Shown in pieces: positions 1 through 9,606 of a stretch of DNA of 64,000 bases (positions are counted from its first letter, which is position 1; every line of letters begins with the position of its first letter). Source of the DNA: an uncultured Alphaproteobacteria bacterium (lineage in GTDB: Bacteria; Pseudomonadota; Alphaproteobacteria; Rhizobiales; Xanthobacteraceae); assembly GCA_963707175.1 (NCBI GenBank), contig CAVPQA010000033.1:30443-94442 (forward strand), read 5' to 3'. The position numbers and the translations under genes were made by a program. The notes beneath the pieces are model-generated. The model searched no databases. It saw only the letters and a list, made by a program, of their open reading frames with translations, and was not told the DNA's origin.

Positions 1-135
1 TGTGTATGCTGCCCGCCGAGGGCACGTTCGCTGCCTTTGATTTACGGAACGCCGGCAGGCTCCGAGGGCAGCTCTGACAACCATATTACCACGGCCCGCC
101 GCGCCGAAACAGGCGATATTGTCGCTGGCCTTGCC

Positions 136-1722
136 TTAATGACCGCCAGCAGCGCCAGCATCCGCCGCCGGCCGCCGCAGCATGACCGCGAGCGGCGCGA
201 ACACTGCAAACAGCAGTGCCAGCAACAGGAATACATCGGCGAAAGCCATCACCACACCCTGCTGGTGCACCATCATGAACAGCTGCTTGAGCGCCATGGT
301 CTGCGCATCCGAGCCGGGCATGCGCGCCGTCAGGCCTTGCAGGGTTTCCATCACCGGCTGCCGCGACCAGGTGATGGCGTCGTGCAGGCGGGCGAAGTGC
401 AGGTCCATGCGATCGTCGAGCACCGTATTCAATCCCGCGAGCCCGACCGCGCCGCCGAGATTGCGCGTCAGGTTGTACAGGCCCGAAGCGTTCTTCAGCC
501 GCTCGGGCGGCAGCGTGCCGAGCGCCAGATTGGTGATCGGCACGATCGCGAACATCAGGCCGATGCCGCGCAACACCTGCGGGACGAACACCTGGGCATA
601 GTCCCAATCCGTCGTGAGGCCGGTCAGTTGCCAGTTGCTGAGTGCAAAGATCAAAAAGCCGATGGCGAGGAGCAGGCGAGGATCGACCTTGTCGACCATG
701 CGGCCGACGAAAGGCGCCGAGACAAACGTGGCGATGCCGGATACGAACATGACCTTGCCGATCATCAGCGCGTCGTAGCCGCGGATCTGGCCGAGATAGA
801 CCGGATAGAGGTATGTCAGGCCGTACAGGCCGATGCCGAGCACGAACGAAAACACGCTGCCGACCGCAAAATTGCGGTCCAGGAACGCGCGCAGGTCGAC
901 GATCGGGTCGCGTGCCGTCAGCACGCGGATGAGAAAGAACACTGCCGATGCGGCGGAAATCAGCGCCATCAGCGCAATCGTGGAGTCGTCGAACCAGTCG
1001 TAGCGGGGCCCGTCTTCGAGCACATATTCGAGTGCGCCGAGGAACAGCGCCATCAATATGAGGCCGATCCAGTCGAACGTCTCGAACAGCTTGAAGTCCG
1101 GCCGGTCGAAATCGATCAGCGTCAGCGCGGCAATCGTTACGATGATGCCGGGCACGACGTTGATGAAGAACAGCCAGTGCCAGGACAGCGCGTCGGTGAG
1201 ATAGCCGCCGACCGTCGGGCCGATGGTCGGCGCAAGCGTCGCGACGAGGCCGATAAGCGGCACTACCACGTTCATGCGCGAGCGCGGAAAGATGATGTAG
1301 GCGGAGGCGAATACCGTCGGCACCATGCCGCCGCCGATAAAGCCTTGGATGGCGCGCCACACGATCATTCCGTTCATCGACGAGGTGAACCCGCACATCA
1401 GGCTGGCAAAGGTGAAGCCGGCGGCGGCGGCGGCGAACATGATGCGCGTACCGAGCGCGCGCGACAGGAAGCCGGAAAGCGGGATGGCGACCACCTCGGC
1501 CATCAGATAGGACGTCTGCACCCAGGTAATTTCGTCACTCGACGCCGCTAGCCCGGCCTGAATTTCCGCGAGCGACGCCGACACCACCTGGATGTCGAGG
1601 AACGCCATGAACATACCGAAGCACATCGCCAGGAACGCGACCAGCCGCGCCGGATCGATGCGGTCGGCATCGGCCGGCGCGGGCAGCTGTGGGCTCGTGG
1701 CGGCAATCGTGGCGGAGGCCAT
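136..1722 (-). CDS. emrB: MFS multidrug efflux transporter, EmrB/QacA (DHA2) family
   Basis: 528-aa ORF with ATG at 1722. Many hydrophobic helices and an N-terminal MFS-type region (FLDIQVVSASL...TWVQTSYL...IPLSGFLS). It starts 21 nt after the stop of an EmrA/HlyD-type gene. Confidence 0.85.
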   Translation of the reverse strand: MASATIAATSPQLPAPADADRIDPARLVAFLAMCFGMFMAFLDIQVVSASLAEIQAGLAASSDEITWVQTSYLMAEVVAIPLSGFLSRALGTRIMFAAAAAGFTFASLMCGFTSSMNGMIVWRAIQGFIGGGMVPTVFASAYIIFPRSRMNVVVPLIGLVATLAPTIGPTVGGYLTDALSWHWLFFINVVPGIIVTIAALTLIDFDRPDFKLFETFDWIGLILMALFLGALEYVLEDGPRYDWFDDSTIALMALISAASAVFFLIRVLTARDPIVDLRAFLDRNFAVGSVFSFVLGIGLYGLTYLYPVYLGQIRGYDALMIGKVMFVSGIATFVSAPFVGRMVDKVDPRLLLAIGFLIFALSNWQLTGLTTDWDYAQVFVPQVLRGIGLMFAIVPITNLALGTLPPERLKNASGLYNLTRNLGGAVGLAGLNTVLDDRMDLHFARLHDAITWSRQPVMETLQGLTARMPGSDAQTMALKQLFMMVHQQGVVMAFADVFLLLALLFAVFAPLAVMLRRPAADAGAAGGH

Positions 1723-1743
1723 GGCCTACGTTCCAATCGCGGC

Positions 1744-3069
1744 TCAGCGCGCGGCTTCATGCAGCGGCAAGAAGGCACCGGCCGCGGCATCCTGTTTGGT
1801 GTTCACGCTCACGACGACCGACATCCCGGGACGCAGCAGGCCCTTGCCGGCGACGGATTCCGGCACCCGGATGCGCACCGGCAGCCGCTGCACGATCTTG
1901 GTAAAATTGCCGGTCGCATTGTCGGGCGGCAGCAGCGAGAACACCGCGCCTGAGGCTGGTGAAAGGCTTTCGATCGAGCCTGTGATGTCGTGCTGTGGCA
2001 GCGCATCGACGGAAATCGACACTGTCTGTCCGGGGCGTAGCCGCGCCAGCTGCGTCTCCTTGAAATTGGCGTCGACATAAACGTTGTCGAGCGGCACCAA
2101 ACTCGCAATCCGCTGCCCGGGCTGCAGATAGTCGCCGACCTGAACGGCACGGTTGCCGATCACGCCGTCGATCGGCGCACGGATCACGGTGAACGACAGG
2201 TCGCGTTCGGCCTTGGCGAGGGCGGTCTTCAGTTCGGCAAGCGTGTCGATCGCCTCCCGCTGCTGGCCCTTGAGCACGGCGACGTTGGCCTTTGCCGACT
2301 CGAGCCCGGCTTGCGCGCTCTGCACACCGGCGACCGCCTGATCGCGGCTCGCCTGCGTCTGCTCCAGCGTTTGGCGGCTGGCATAGTCCTTTGTCGCCAG
2401 GAAGTTCTGCCGCGCCATTTCGAGGTCCCAGCGTTTGGCCGAGGCCTGTGCGGATGCAAGTTGTGCCTGGGCCTGCGCAACGGCGGCTTGCTGGGCGTCG
2501 ATCTGCCGGCCGATCCGGGCGATGGTCGCCTGCTGGGTCGCGACCTTCTCGCGCGCCGAATCGGCGGCGAGCCGGTAGTCGCCGTCGTCGATCGTGGCGA
2601 TGACGTCGCCTTTGTGAACCGCGCTGTTGTCGGTGACCGGGACGCGCGCCACGTAGCCCGGTACTTTGGCGGCCAGCGTCGTGTTGTAGGCTTCGACATA
2701 GGCGTCGTCGGTCGACACCGTGAAGCGGCCGACCGTCCACCAGTCATAGCCGAACCATGCGGCGCCGCCCGCCGCCACGGCCGCCAGCGCGCCGAGCGCG
2801 AGCTTGCGGCGGCTCAATCGCCGTGGCGGGTCCTTGCCGGGTGCTGCGGACAGGGCCGGCACATCCGCCGCGGGGGACGGCGGCGTCGGGGAGGGGGCGC
2901 GGGCCTCTGCCGCAGCCCCCGGCAAGGATTCCTGGAAAGCTTCCTGGGTCGCGCCTGGAGTCGTATCCTGCGCGGTTTCAATTTCGCTCTCTGGCTTGCG
3001 GGGAGGAACGACCTTGAGACGGTCCGAGCCGCCATCCCAATCCTGAGCCCATTCCTGCTTGCGAAACAT
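1744..3069 (-). CDS. emrA: HlyD/EmrA-family periplasmic adaptor of the efflux pump
   Basis: 441 aa from ATG 3069 (MFRKQEW). One N-terminal TM helix (LALGALAAVAAGGAAWF), a lipoyl-like hairpin (STDDAYVEA...VPGYV...KGDVIATID) and a long Ala/Gln coiled coil. The track ORF extends to 3159, but that part overlaps the operator palindromes. Confidence 0.8.
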   Translation of the reverse strand: MFRKQEWAQDWDGGSDRLKVVPPRKPESEIETAQDTTPGATQEAFQESLPGAAAEARAPSPTPPSPAADVPALSAAPGKDPPRRLSRRKLALGALAAVAAGGAAWFGYDWWTVGRFTVSTDDAYVEAYNTTLAAKVPGYVARVPVTDNSAVHKGDVIATIDDGDYRLAADSAREKVATQQATIARIGRQIDAQQAAVAQAQAQLASAQASAKRWDLEMARQNFLATKDYASRQTLEQTQASRDQAVAGVQSAQAGLESAKANVAVLKGQQREAIDTLAELKTALAKAERDLSFTVIRAPIDGVIGNRAVQVGDYLQPGQRIASLVPLDNVYVDANFKETQLARLRPGQTVSISVDALPQHDITGSIESLSPASGAVFSLLPPDNATGNFTKIVQRLPVRIRVPESVAGKGLLRPGMSVVVSVNTKQDAAAGAFLPLHEAAR

Positions 3070-3110
3070 TCGTCGTCTCCCGTCAAACTCCCCGCTCGGC
3101 CAGAGCGTCG

Positions 3111-3130
3111 TTGACCGAACGGTTCGGTCA
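3111..3130. promoter_or_regulatory. Putative TetR operator, copy 1 (TTGACCGAAC-GGTTCGGTCA)
   Basis: 20-bp sequence with 9-bp inverted arms around one central base. It is identical to the copy at 3162-3181 and lies in the emrA/tetR divergent intergenic region. Confidence 0.6.
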
Positions 3131-3161
3131 TTAATAATGGGGGGTGGTGGCGGTGTCAATA

Positions 3162-3181
3162 TTGACCGAACGGTTCGGTCA
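3162..3181. promoter_or_regulatory. Putative TetR operator, copy 2
   Basis: Exact 20-bp repeat of 3111-3130, 51 bp centre to centre. Confidence 0.6.
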
Positions 3182-3268
3182 AACTATATTCATGTGCGGA
3201 GGAATTCCGTTAGATCTCAGCCGTTTGGCGGCATGGAACCGGCGGGAAGCGCCAAAAGGACGATCAAA

Positions 3269-3922
3269 ATGATCGAGCAAGCCACTTTGTCGCGGTCAGG
3301 TTCTACCGAAAACGACGAGGCCAGTGCCAAGCGGCGCCAGATTATCGAAGGCGCGCGGGCGGTGTTTCTGGCGCAGGGCTTTGACGCCGCCAGCATGAAT
3401 GACATCGCGCGTGCCGCGGGCGTCTCGAAGGGCACCCTCTATGTCTATTTCGAAAACAAGGAGGAGCTGTTCGAGGCCATCGTCGAGGAGGAGTGCGATG
3501 CGCAGGCCGAGGGCATTTTCGACCTCGATCCGAACGACCATGACGTGGGCGCGGTGCTGACGCGGCTCGGTATTGCCTATGTCAAATTCCTGTGCCGGCC
3601 CGAAAAGGCATCGGCGATCCGTACCGTAATCGCGATTGCCGACCGCATGCCGGAAATCGGGCGGCGATTCTATCAATCTGGACCGGAAGCCGGTATCGCG
3701 CAGCTCGCGGCTTATCTCGCCGCGCAGATCGAGGCCGGCGTGCTCGCGATCGAAGACTGCGAGATCGCGGCGGCGCAATTCATGGAATCGACTCATGCCA
3801 TGCTGTTCAAGCCGATCGTGTTCAACTTCGCGCCGGCGCCAAGCCAGGAGCAGGTCGAACGCAGCGTAGGCATCGCGGTGAAGGTGTTCCTGGCCGCTTA
3901 TTGTGTGGCCAAGGCCTTGTAA
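3269..3922 (+). CDS. TetR/AcrR-family transcriptional repressor
   Basis: N-terminal HTH region RRQIIEGARAVFLAQGFDAASMNDIARAAGVSKGTLYVYFENKEELF. AAGGA lies 9 nt upstream of ATG 3269; an alternative ATG is at 3233. Divergent from emrAB. Confidence 0.85.
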   Translation: MIEQATLSRSGSTENDEASAKRRQIIEGARAVFLAQGFDAASMNDIARAAGVSKGTLYVYFENKEELFEAIVEEECDAQAEGIFDLDPNDHDVGAVLTRLGIAYVKFLCRPEKASAIRTVIAIADRMPEIGRRFYQSGPEAGIAQLAAYLAAQIEAGVLAIEDCEIAAAQFMESTHAMLFKPIVFNFAPAPSQEQVERSVGIAVKVFLAAYCVAKAL

Positions 3923-4035
3923 TCATTCGGCGTCAATCCGAGCCGAGAAGGCAATCCAAGCGCCCGGCCGATGTTCAGATTGCTTCGCTGCTGCTCCGCA
4001 CAGTGACGACACCGAACGTACGCTGCTGCGCTAAT

Positions 4036-4401
4036 CTAAAACCCACCGACGCCGAACTCGCAGCCCGGCCGCGTATAATGGTAGCGGGGCACGCCGTAGC
4101 GGTCCGGGTGAATGGTGGGTCGGCAGCGCTCGACCCAGCGCCGGTCTTGCTCGGTGGCGCGCGCGCGTTCTGCCGCATCGCGGGGTTGCGGCACTTTTCT
4201 GATATAGGGATTGCCGAGCGGCGCCGACAGCATTGCACAGTCGCCTCCGGACCCCGAGCCGACGCAGCTGCCGAGCCAGACCCCTTCGGCCAGAGCCGGA
4301 CGCATGCTTGCAAATGTGATGAGCGCCAGCGCGAGCACGGCGCTCGCAGGGGCAGTCAGTCGCGAAGCGCGTCGCGCTCCGGCACAGGCGAAGGTTAACA
4401 C
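4036..4401 (-). CDS. Hypothetical small secreted Cys-containing protein
   Basis: GTG at 4401 is preceded by GAGGGAG. Signal-peptide-like N-terminus (RRASRLTAPASAVLALALITFASMRPALA/EG) and non-repetitive protein-like composition. It forms the C-terminal part of the track ORF 4036..5088. Confidence 0.45.
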   Translation of the reverse strand: MLTFACAGARRASRLTAPASAVLALALITFASMRPALAEGVWLGSCVGSGSGGDCAMLSAPLGNPYIRKVPQPRDAAERARATEQDRRWVERCRPTIHPDRYGVPRYHYTRPGCEFGVGGF

Positions 4402-4613
4402 GGCACTCTCCCTCAACCAGCGCTTCGATCTGCTTCGGTCGCTGGCGCGGCATGATTGGCGACGATTTGCGCGATCGCGTGACGCCGGTCCGGCGTGCGG
4501 CACGATGCGGCGAGCGTCAGCCAGGGAGCAAGGCCGATGCCAGCTTATCTGCCCTGTTATGGTACAGCGGCAGTTCAGCGTGTTAAGCTTGATGGGCGGC
4601 GCTGTCGGATGTT

Positions 4614-5300
4614 TCAGCGCTGGATGACGACCGATGCCGGCAGCCGCCGACACTCCCAGCCGCTTTGTTCCAGTTCGGGAACGCTGTCGTCGGTCTGCGG
4701 ATAGCCGAGACAGAAATAGCCGATGAATTTCCAATGCGGCGGTATTGCGAGAATGTCGGCGACGCCTTGCGGATCCAGGATCGACACCCAGCCCATGCCG
4801 ATGCCGTGTGCGCGCGCCGCTAGCCAGATCGTATGCACGGCGGTGACCGCCGAATACTCGATCATCTCCGGCATGGTGTGGCGCCCGAGGCCGTGGCCCT
4901 GCGCCGTTGCGCGGTCGGCGAACACGGCGAGATGACAGGGTGCTTCCCGGAGGCCGGCGAGTTTGAGCTGCGCGTAGAGGTTCGCGCGCTCGCGTTCTTG
5001 CGCGGCGAGCGCCGCCGCGTTGCAGATTTCGAAATTGCGTTGGATTGCCGCGCGCCGCGCCGCGTCCTCGACAATGACAAAACGCCAAGGCTGGCTCAGG
5101 CCGACCGAGGGCGCAAGACAGGCAAGCTCAATCAGCGCCTCCAATGTGCCGCTCGGCAGCGGATCGGATCGGAAGCGCCGGACGTCGCGCCGCCAGAGCA
5201 AAAGGTCGCGCAGCCGGCCGCGGAAAGCTTGATCAAATCCGGCCGACGCATTTGCCGCTGCGCGATTGCTTGCGCTCCGCGGCTGTGACGGTGCGCTCAT
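4614..5300 (-). CDS. bluB: 5,6-dimethylbenzimidazole synthase (nitroreductase fold)
   Basis: 228 aa from ATG 5300 (MSAPSQ). Nitroreductase-like core (RRDVRRFRSDPLP...APSVGLSQPWRFVIV...GIGMGWVSI) of BluB length, in a cob gene context. The upstream in-frame extension to 5861 looks non-coding. Confidence 0.85.
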   Translation of the reverse strand: MSAPSQPRSASNRAAANASAGFDQAFRGRLRDLLLWRRDVRRFRSDPLPSGTLEALIELACLAPSVGLSQPWRFVIVEDAARRAAIQRNFEICNAAALAAQERERANLYAQLKLAGLREAPCHLAVFADRATAQGHGLGRHTMPEMIEYSAVTAVHTIWLAARAHGIGMGWVSILDPQGVADILAIPPHWKFIGYFCLGYPQTDDSVPELEQSGWECRRLPASVVIQR

Positions 5301-5527
5301 GCCGCGAAGCTTAGGACGAATTCGCTTGAGATACAGCCGGGCGATGTTGAGCGCGGCCTCACGGCCATCGTCGGGCGTGAGCGAGCTGCCAACGAAATAC
5401 ACGGCGTCGCCAATCGCGTCGCCGCCGAAGCCGTGCCGCCCATATGGCCAGCGCAACAAGAGCAGCCGCGGTTCTGTGCTCCGCCCGGATCGAAGCTGCC
5501 ATCTTCGTAAATCGCCCCATAATTTTT

Positions 5528-6556
5528 TTAATGCCTGTGCCGGAATGCGGCCAATGCATTTTGCAGCCGGCGCCACGCTGTCTCGTTCGCCGGCAGCCCG
5601 AGGCGGATCCAATCGGGATGCTCGGGGAACACGCGCACCAGAATGCCGGCGCGGCCGAGATGGTGAAACAACTTGTCTGCTTCCCGAACGCGCGCAAGAC
5701 GGAACAGGTTCGTGCCTCCCAGGGCCGTGAATCCGGATTCGGCCAGCATGGCATCGAGCCGCATAGCCGATTTGGCGAGACGGCGGCGCGTTCGCTCGGT
5801 CCAAGCTGCATCGGACAATGCCTTGGCGCCCGCAGCAAGGGCAGGACCTGACACCGCCCATGGTCCGAGCATCGCGGCGATGCGTGCCGCGATCTGAGGC
5901 GCGGCGAGTGCGAAGCCAAGCCGGAGGCCGGCCAGCCCAAAAAATTTGCCGAAGGAGCGCAGCACGATGATGTTGCCGCCATTGAGCTGCGGCGCGAGGC
6001 TTGCGGCGGGCGGCCCGACCTCCATGAATGCCTCATCGACGATCAGCATTCCACCACGCGCGCGCAGATTTTTGGCCAGAGCGATCAGATCGGCTGCGGC
6101 AAATAGCCGGCCGTCGGGATTGTTTGGATTGCCGACGAGGACAAGCCGGGCGCTGCCTGCCGCGACAAGGTCGTGGACGGCGGCGACCTCATGTCCGGCG
6201 AGCGTGGCGGCGCGGGCCAGTTCGCCATAGGTGGGTGATATCACCGCAGCGCGGGTGGGAGGCACGATACCGGCAACCAGCGGCAGCAGGATTTGCGTGC
6301 CGGGCGCCGGCACGACATAAGCCGACGACGGCGCGCCATAGGTCCGCGCGGCAATGGCTGCGAGTTCCGCGGTCGCGGCCGAACTCGGCAAGCGCTCGAA
6401 TAAATACGCCGGCAACCGCGGCACCCGATAGGGATGAGGATTGATCCCGGTCGACAGGTCGATGAAAGGTTGCGGCGCGCCGGGAAACAGGCGCCGGGCG
6501 GCGGGAACGTCGCCGCCATGGAGGAGCGGCGCGGTGTCGCCGTTGAACTGAAACAT
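5528..6556 (-). CDS. cobD: L-threonine-O-3-phosphate decarboxylase (CobD; CobC in P. denitrificans naming)
   Basis: Class I/II aminotransferase fold with HGGD...DLSTGINP, NPNNPDG and the PLP-lysine motif SFGKFFGLAGLRLG. The start is either ATG 6556 (MFQFNGD) or ATG 6595. Confidence 0.8.
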   Translation of the reverse strand: MFQFNGDTAPLLHGGDVPAARRLFPGAPQPFIDLSTGINPHPYRVPRLPAYLFERLPSSAATAELAAIAARTYGAPSSAYVVPAPGTQILLPLVAGIVPPTRAAVISPTYGELARAATLAGHEVAAVHDLVAAGSARLVLVGNPNNPDGRLFAAADLIALAKNLRARGGMLIVDEAFMEVGPPAASLAPQLNGGNIIVLRSFGKFFGLAGLRLGFALAAPQIAARIAAMLGPWAVSGPALAAGAKALSDAAWTERTRRRLAKSAMRLDAMLAESGFTALGGTNLFRLARVREADKLFHHLGRAGILVRVFPEHPDWIRLGLPANETAWRRLQNALAAFRHRH

Positions 6557-7538
6557 GCCGATCGCGTTTACGCTCGTTCTCGCCTTTTTGGCCATGCTGA
6601 TCGAGCTCGCGGTCGGTTATCCGCAGGCGCTCGTATGCGCCATCGGCCATCCGATCACCTGGATGGGAACGTTCATCGAGGCGCTCGACCGGTCGTTCAA
6701 TCGCGAAACGGATAGGCCCGAGCGCCGCCGCGGCGCCGGCGTTTTTGCAGTTTTGATCGTCTGTGCGGTCGTCGGCGCGATTGCGCTCGTCCTGCAGAGC
6801 GCACTTTTCCGTCTGCCGTTCGGATTGTTGTTCGCCGCGCTCGCCGCCTCGACGCTGATCGCGCAACGCAGTTTGCACCGCCATGTCGCCGACGTCGCCT
6901 GTGCGCTGGAGAAGGACGGCCTCGATGCGGGCCGCCGCGCCGTGGCCCATATCGTCGGCCGGGATACCGCCATCCTCGACCAAGCCGGCGTGGCGCGCGC
7001 GGCTATCGAAAGTCTCGCCGAGAATTTCTCCGACGGCGTGGTCGCGCCGGTGCTGTGGATGGTCATTGGCGGGCTTCCCGGCGCGGCACTCTACAAGGCG
7101 ATCAATACCGCGGACAGTATGATCGGGCATCGTACGTTGCGGCACGAGGCGTTCGGCTGGGCGGCGGCACGCCTCGACGATCTGGTCAACTTGCCGGCGT
7201 CCCGGCTGACCGCCCTCCTCGTCGTCGCCGCGGCGGCGCTGCACGGCAATGCGGCGGCGGGGCCGGCCTGGCGCGCGGTGATGCGCGACGCGCCAAAACA
7301 CCGCTCGGCCAATGCCGGCTATCCGGAAGCCGCGATGGCCGGCGCGCTCGGCTTGTCGCTGGCGGGGCCGCGTGTTTATGGCGGCGTGCGCGTCGATGAT
7401 GCCACGATGGGGCAGGGGCGCCGCGACGCCACGGCGGCCGACATTCACCGCGCGCTTGCGCTCTATCGCAGCGCCGATGCCATCCTGCTGGCGCTGATCG
7501 CCGCGCTTGCCGCCGCCATGTTCATCGCGCCAGCGTGA
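6555..7538 (+). CDS. cbiB: Adenosylcobinamide-phosphate synthase (CbiB; CobD in P. denitrificans naming)
   Basis: 327-aa membrane protein with a hydrophobic N-terminal helix followed by GYP...IGHPITWMG, as in CbiB/CobD. An alternative start is ATG 6594. Confidence 0.8.
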   Translation: MPIAFTLVLAFLAMLIELAVGYPQALVCAIGHPITWMGTFIEALDRSFNRETDRPERRRGAGVFAVLIVCAVVGAIALVLQSALFRLPFGLLFAALAASTLIAQRSLHRHVADVACALEKDGLDAGRRAVAHIVGRDTAILDQAGVARAAIESLAENFSDGVVAPVLWMVIGGLPGAALYKAINTADSMIGHRTLRHEAFGWAAARLDDLVNLPASRLTALLVVAAAALHGNAAAGPAWRAVMRDAPKHRSANAGYPEAAMAGALGLSLAGPRVYGGVRVDDATMGQGRRDATAADIHRALALYRSADAILLALIAALAAAMFIAPA

Positions 7539-8985
7539 GGAGCCGGTCGATGTCGAGATGCGCGGCCAGGTGCGCCGCTAAGCCATCGAGCGTGCGTTCG
7601 ATCAGGTTGTCGTAGGCAACGCGCGACGGCCCCGCGGACAGGCGCGCCAACCATGCGGCGCGCTGCCGGTCGTCGGTGAACAGGCCGTGCACATAGGTCC
7701 CGGCGACGCGCCCGCTGGGCGCGGTCGCGCCCTCGGGCGTTCCATCGGCGAGGTGCGCGAATGGCCGCGCGCGGTCCGGCCCCTCGGTCACGCCGATGTG
7801 CATTTCATAGCCGGCAAACGGCGCACCGTCGCTGGTCGTGCCGCGCACCGGTTCGAGGCTTTTGCCGGTCGCCAGGACGGTGTCGACATCGAGCAAGCCG
7901 AGGCCTTCGGCCTTGCCGGGCGGACCTTCGATGCCTTGAGGGTCAGCAATCGTGCGCCCCAGCATCTGATAGCCGCCGCACAGACCGAGCACGAAGCCGC
8001 CGCGGCGCGCATGCGCCGCAATGTCGATGTCGAAGCCGGCGGCGCGCAGCGCCTCAAGATCGGCGATCGTCGCCTTGGCGCCGGGGAGCACGATGAGATC
8101 GGCGTCGCCCGGCAGCGCGGCGCCGGGTTTGACGCGGACGAGGTCGACCGCGGGTTCGGCATCGAGCGGATCGAGATCGTCGAAATTGGAAATGTGCGGC
8201 AGAATCGGCACAGCAATGCGCACGCGCGCTTGCGGCTTTGCGGGCCGGTTTTGCTCCAGCGCCAGTGCGTCCTCGGCCGGCAACAGGCGCGCATCGGTAA
8301 AGTACGGCACGAGGCCGAGCGCCTGCCAGCCGGTGAGTTGCGCGATGCGCGCCGTGGCCGACGCAAACAGCGCCGGATCGCCGCGAAACTTGTTGACGAT
8401 GAAGCCGCACACCTGCGCAGCGTCCTCAGGCGAGATCACCGTCTTGGTGCCGACCAGGCTGGCGATGACGCCGCCGCGGTCGATATCGCCGATCAGTACG
8501 ACCGGCACGTCGGCGGCGCGGGCGAAACCCATATTGGCGATATCATTGTCGCGTAGATTGATCTCGGAGGCGCTGCCGGCGCCTTCGACCAGCACGATAT
8601 CGGCTTCGGCGGAGAGCCGCGCGAAGCTGTCGCGCACGAACGGCAGCAGCTCCTTTTTCATCTGCTGATAGGCGGCGGCGTTCGCACCGTGCGCATAAAC
8701 GCGGCCCTGCACCACGACTTGCGCGCCGACGTCGCTCTGCGGCTTGAGCAGCACCGGATTCATGTGCACGCTTGGCGGCGTGCGCGCGGCGCGCGCCTGC
8801 AGCGCCTGCGCGCGACCGATCTCGCCGCCGTCGTCCGTCACGGCTGCGTTGTTCGACATGTTCTGCGGTTTGAACGGCCGGACTTTCAGGCCGCGCAGCG
8901 TCAGCGCGCGGGCGAGGCCCGCGACGATGAGCGACTTGCCCACGTCCGAGCCCGTGCCCTGGAACATCAGCGCGCGTGCCGGCAT
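7522..8985 (-). CDS. cobQ: Cobyric acid synthase
   Basis: 487 aa. N-terminal P-loop region [11 protein letters not shown] and a C-terminal glutamine amidotransferase motif [10 protein letters not shown]. Confidence 0.9.
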   Translation of the reverse strand: MPARALMFQGTGSDVGKSLIVAGLARALTLRGLKVRPFKPQNMSNNAAVTDDGGEIGRAQALQARAARTPPSVHMNPVLLKPQSDVGAQVVVQGRVYAHGANAAAYQQMKKELLPFVRDSFARLSAEADIVLVEGAGSASEINLRDNDIANMGFARAADVPVVLIGDIDRGGVIASLVGTKTVISPEDAAQVCGFIVNKFRGDPALFASATARIAQLTGWQALGLVPYFTDARLLPAEDALALEQNRPAKPQARVRIAVPILPHISNFDDLDPLDAEPAVDLVRVKPGAALPGDADLIVLPGAKATIADLEALRAAGFDIDIAAHARRGGFVLGLCGGYQMLGRTIADPQGIEGPPGKAEGLGLLDVDTVLATGKSLEPVRGTTSDGAPFAGYEMHIGVTEGPDRARPFAHLADGTPEGATAPSGRVAGTYVHGLFTDDRQRAAWLARLSAGPSRVAYDNLIERTLDGLAAHLAAHLDIDRLLTLAR

Positions 8986-8988
8986 GTT

Positions 8989-9606
8989 TTAGAACTCAAT
9001 GCCGGGCTGCGCCTTCACGCCGGCGGCGAAATGATGCTTGACCAACGTCATTTCGGTGACGAGGTCCGCGGCCGCGATCAGCTCCGGCTTGGCGTTGCGT
9101 CCGGTGACGACAACGTGCAGGTTTGGCCGCCGCGCGGTCAGCGCCGCGACGATCGCGGCGAGGTCGAGATAGTCGTAGCGCAGCGCGATGTTGAGCTCGT
9201 CGAGAACGACAAGCGCAAACTGCGGATCGTCCATCAGTTCGCGCGCCTGCGCCCAGGCGCGCTCGGCCGCTGCGACATCACGGGCACGGTCCTGCGTGTC
9301 CCAGGTAAAACCTTCGCCCATCGTGTGCCAGGAGACCTGATCGCCGAATTTTTGCAGCGCATCGCGCTCCGCCGAATGCCAGGCTCCCTTGATGAACTGC
9401 ACCACGCCGACCCTGTGACCGCGCCCGAGCATGCGCAAAGCGAGCCCGAACGCGGCCGTGGATTTGCCCTTGCCGGTGCCGGTGTGCACGATCAGCAGGC
9501 CTTTTTCGATGGTCTTGCCGGCGACCTCGGCGTCCTGTACCGCCTTGCGCTTCGCCATCTTGGCGCGATGCCGTTCGGCTTCGCTCTGATCGGTCTTTTC
9601 GTTCAT
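8989..9606 (-). CDS. cobO: Cob(I)yrinic acid a,c-diamide adenosyltransferase
   Basis: 205 aa with P-loop HTGTGKGKSTAAFG followed by VVQFIKG. Overlaps the cobU stop by 4 nt (ATGA). Confidence 0.9.
   Translation of the reverse strand: MNEKTDQSEAERHRAKMAKRKAVQDAEVAGKTIEKGLLIVHTGTGKGKSTAAFGLALRMLGRGHRVGVVQFIKGAWHSAERDALQKFGDQVSWHTMGEGFTWDTQDRARDVAAAERAWAQARELMDDPQFALVVLDELNIALRYDYLDLAAIVAALTARRPNLHVVVTGRNAKPELIAAADLVTEMTLVKHHFAAGVKAQPGIEF

Noticed and set aside
37-1551. 504-aa plus-strand ORF antisense to emrB
   Set aside because: The translation is Arg/His/Asp/Gln-rich and low in complexity. It mirrors a convincingly coding minus-strand MFS gene. This is a typical shadow ORF in high-GC DNA.
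5301-5861. Long in-frame N-terminal extension of bluB (the track ORF starts at 5861), and a possible B12 riboswitch in the 227-nt cobD-bluB spacer
   Set aside because: The extension overlaps the cobD 3' end and is Arg/Pro-rich, while BluB homologues are about 230 aa. I reverse-complemented 5301-5530 and found no GCCACTG B12 box, no AAGGGAA and no AGCCAGGAGACCTGCC-like core.
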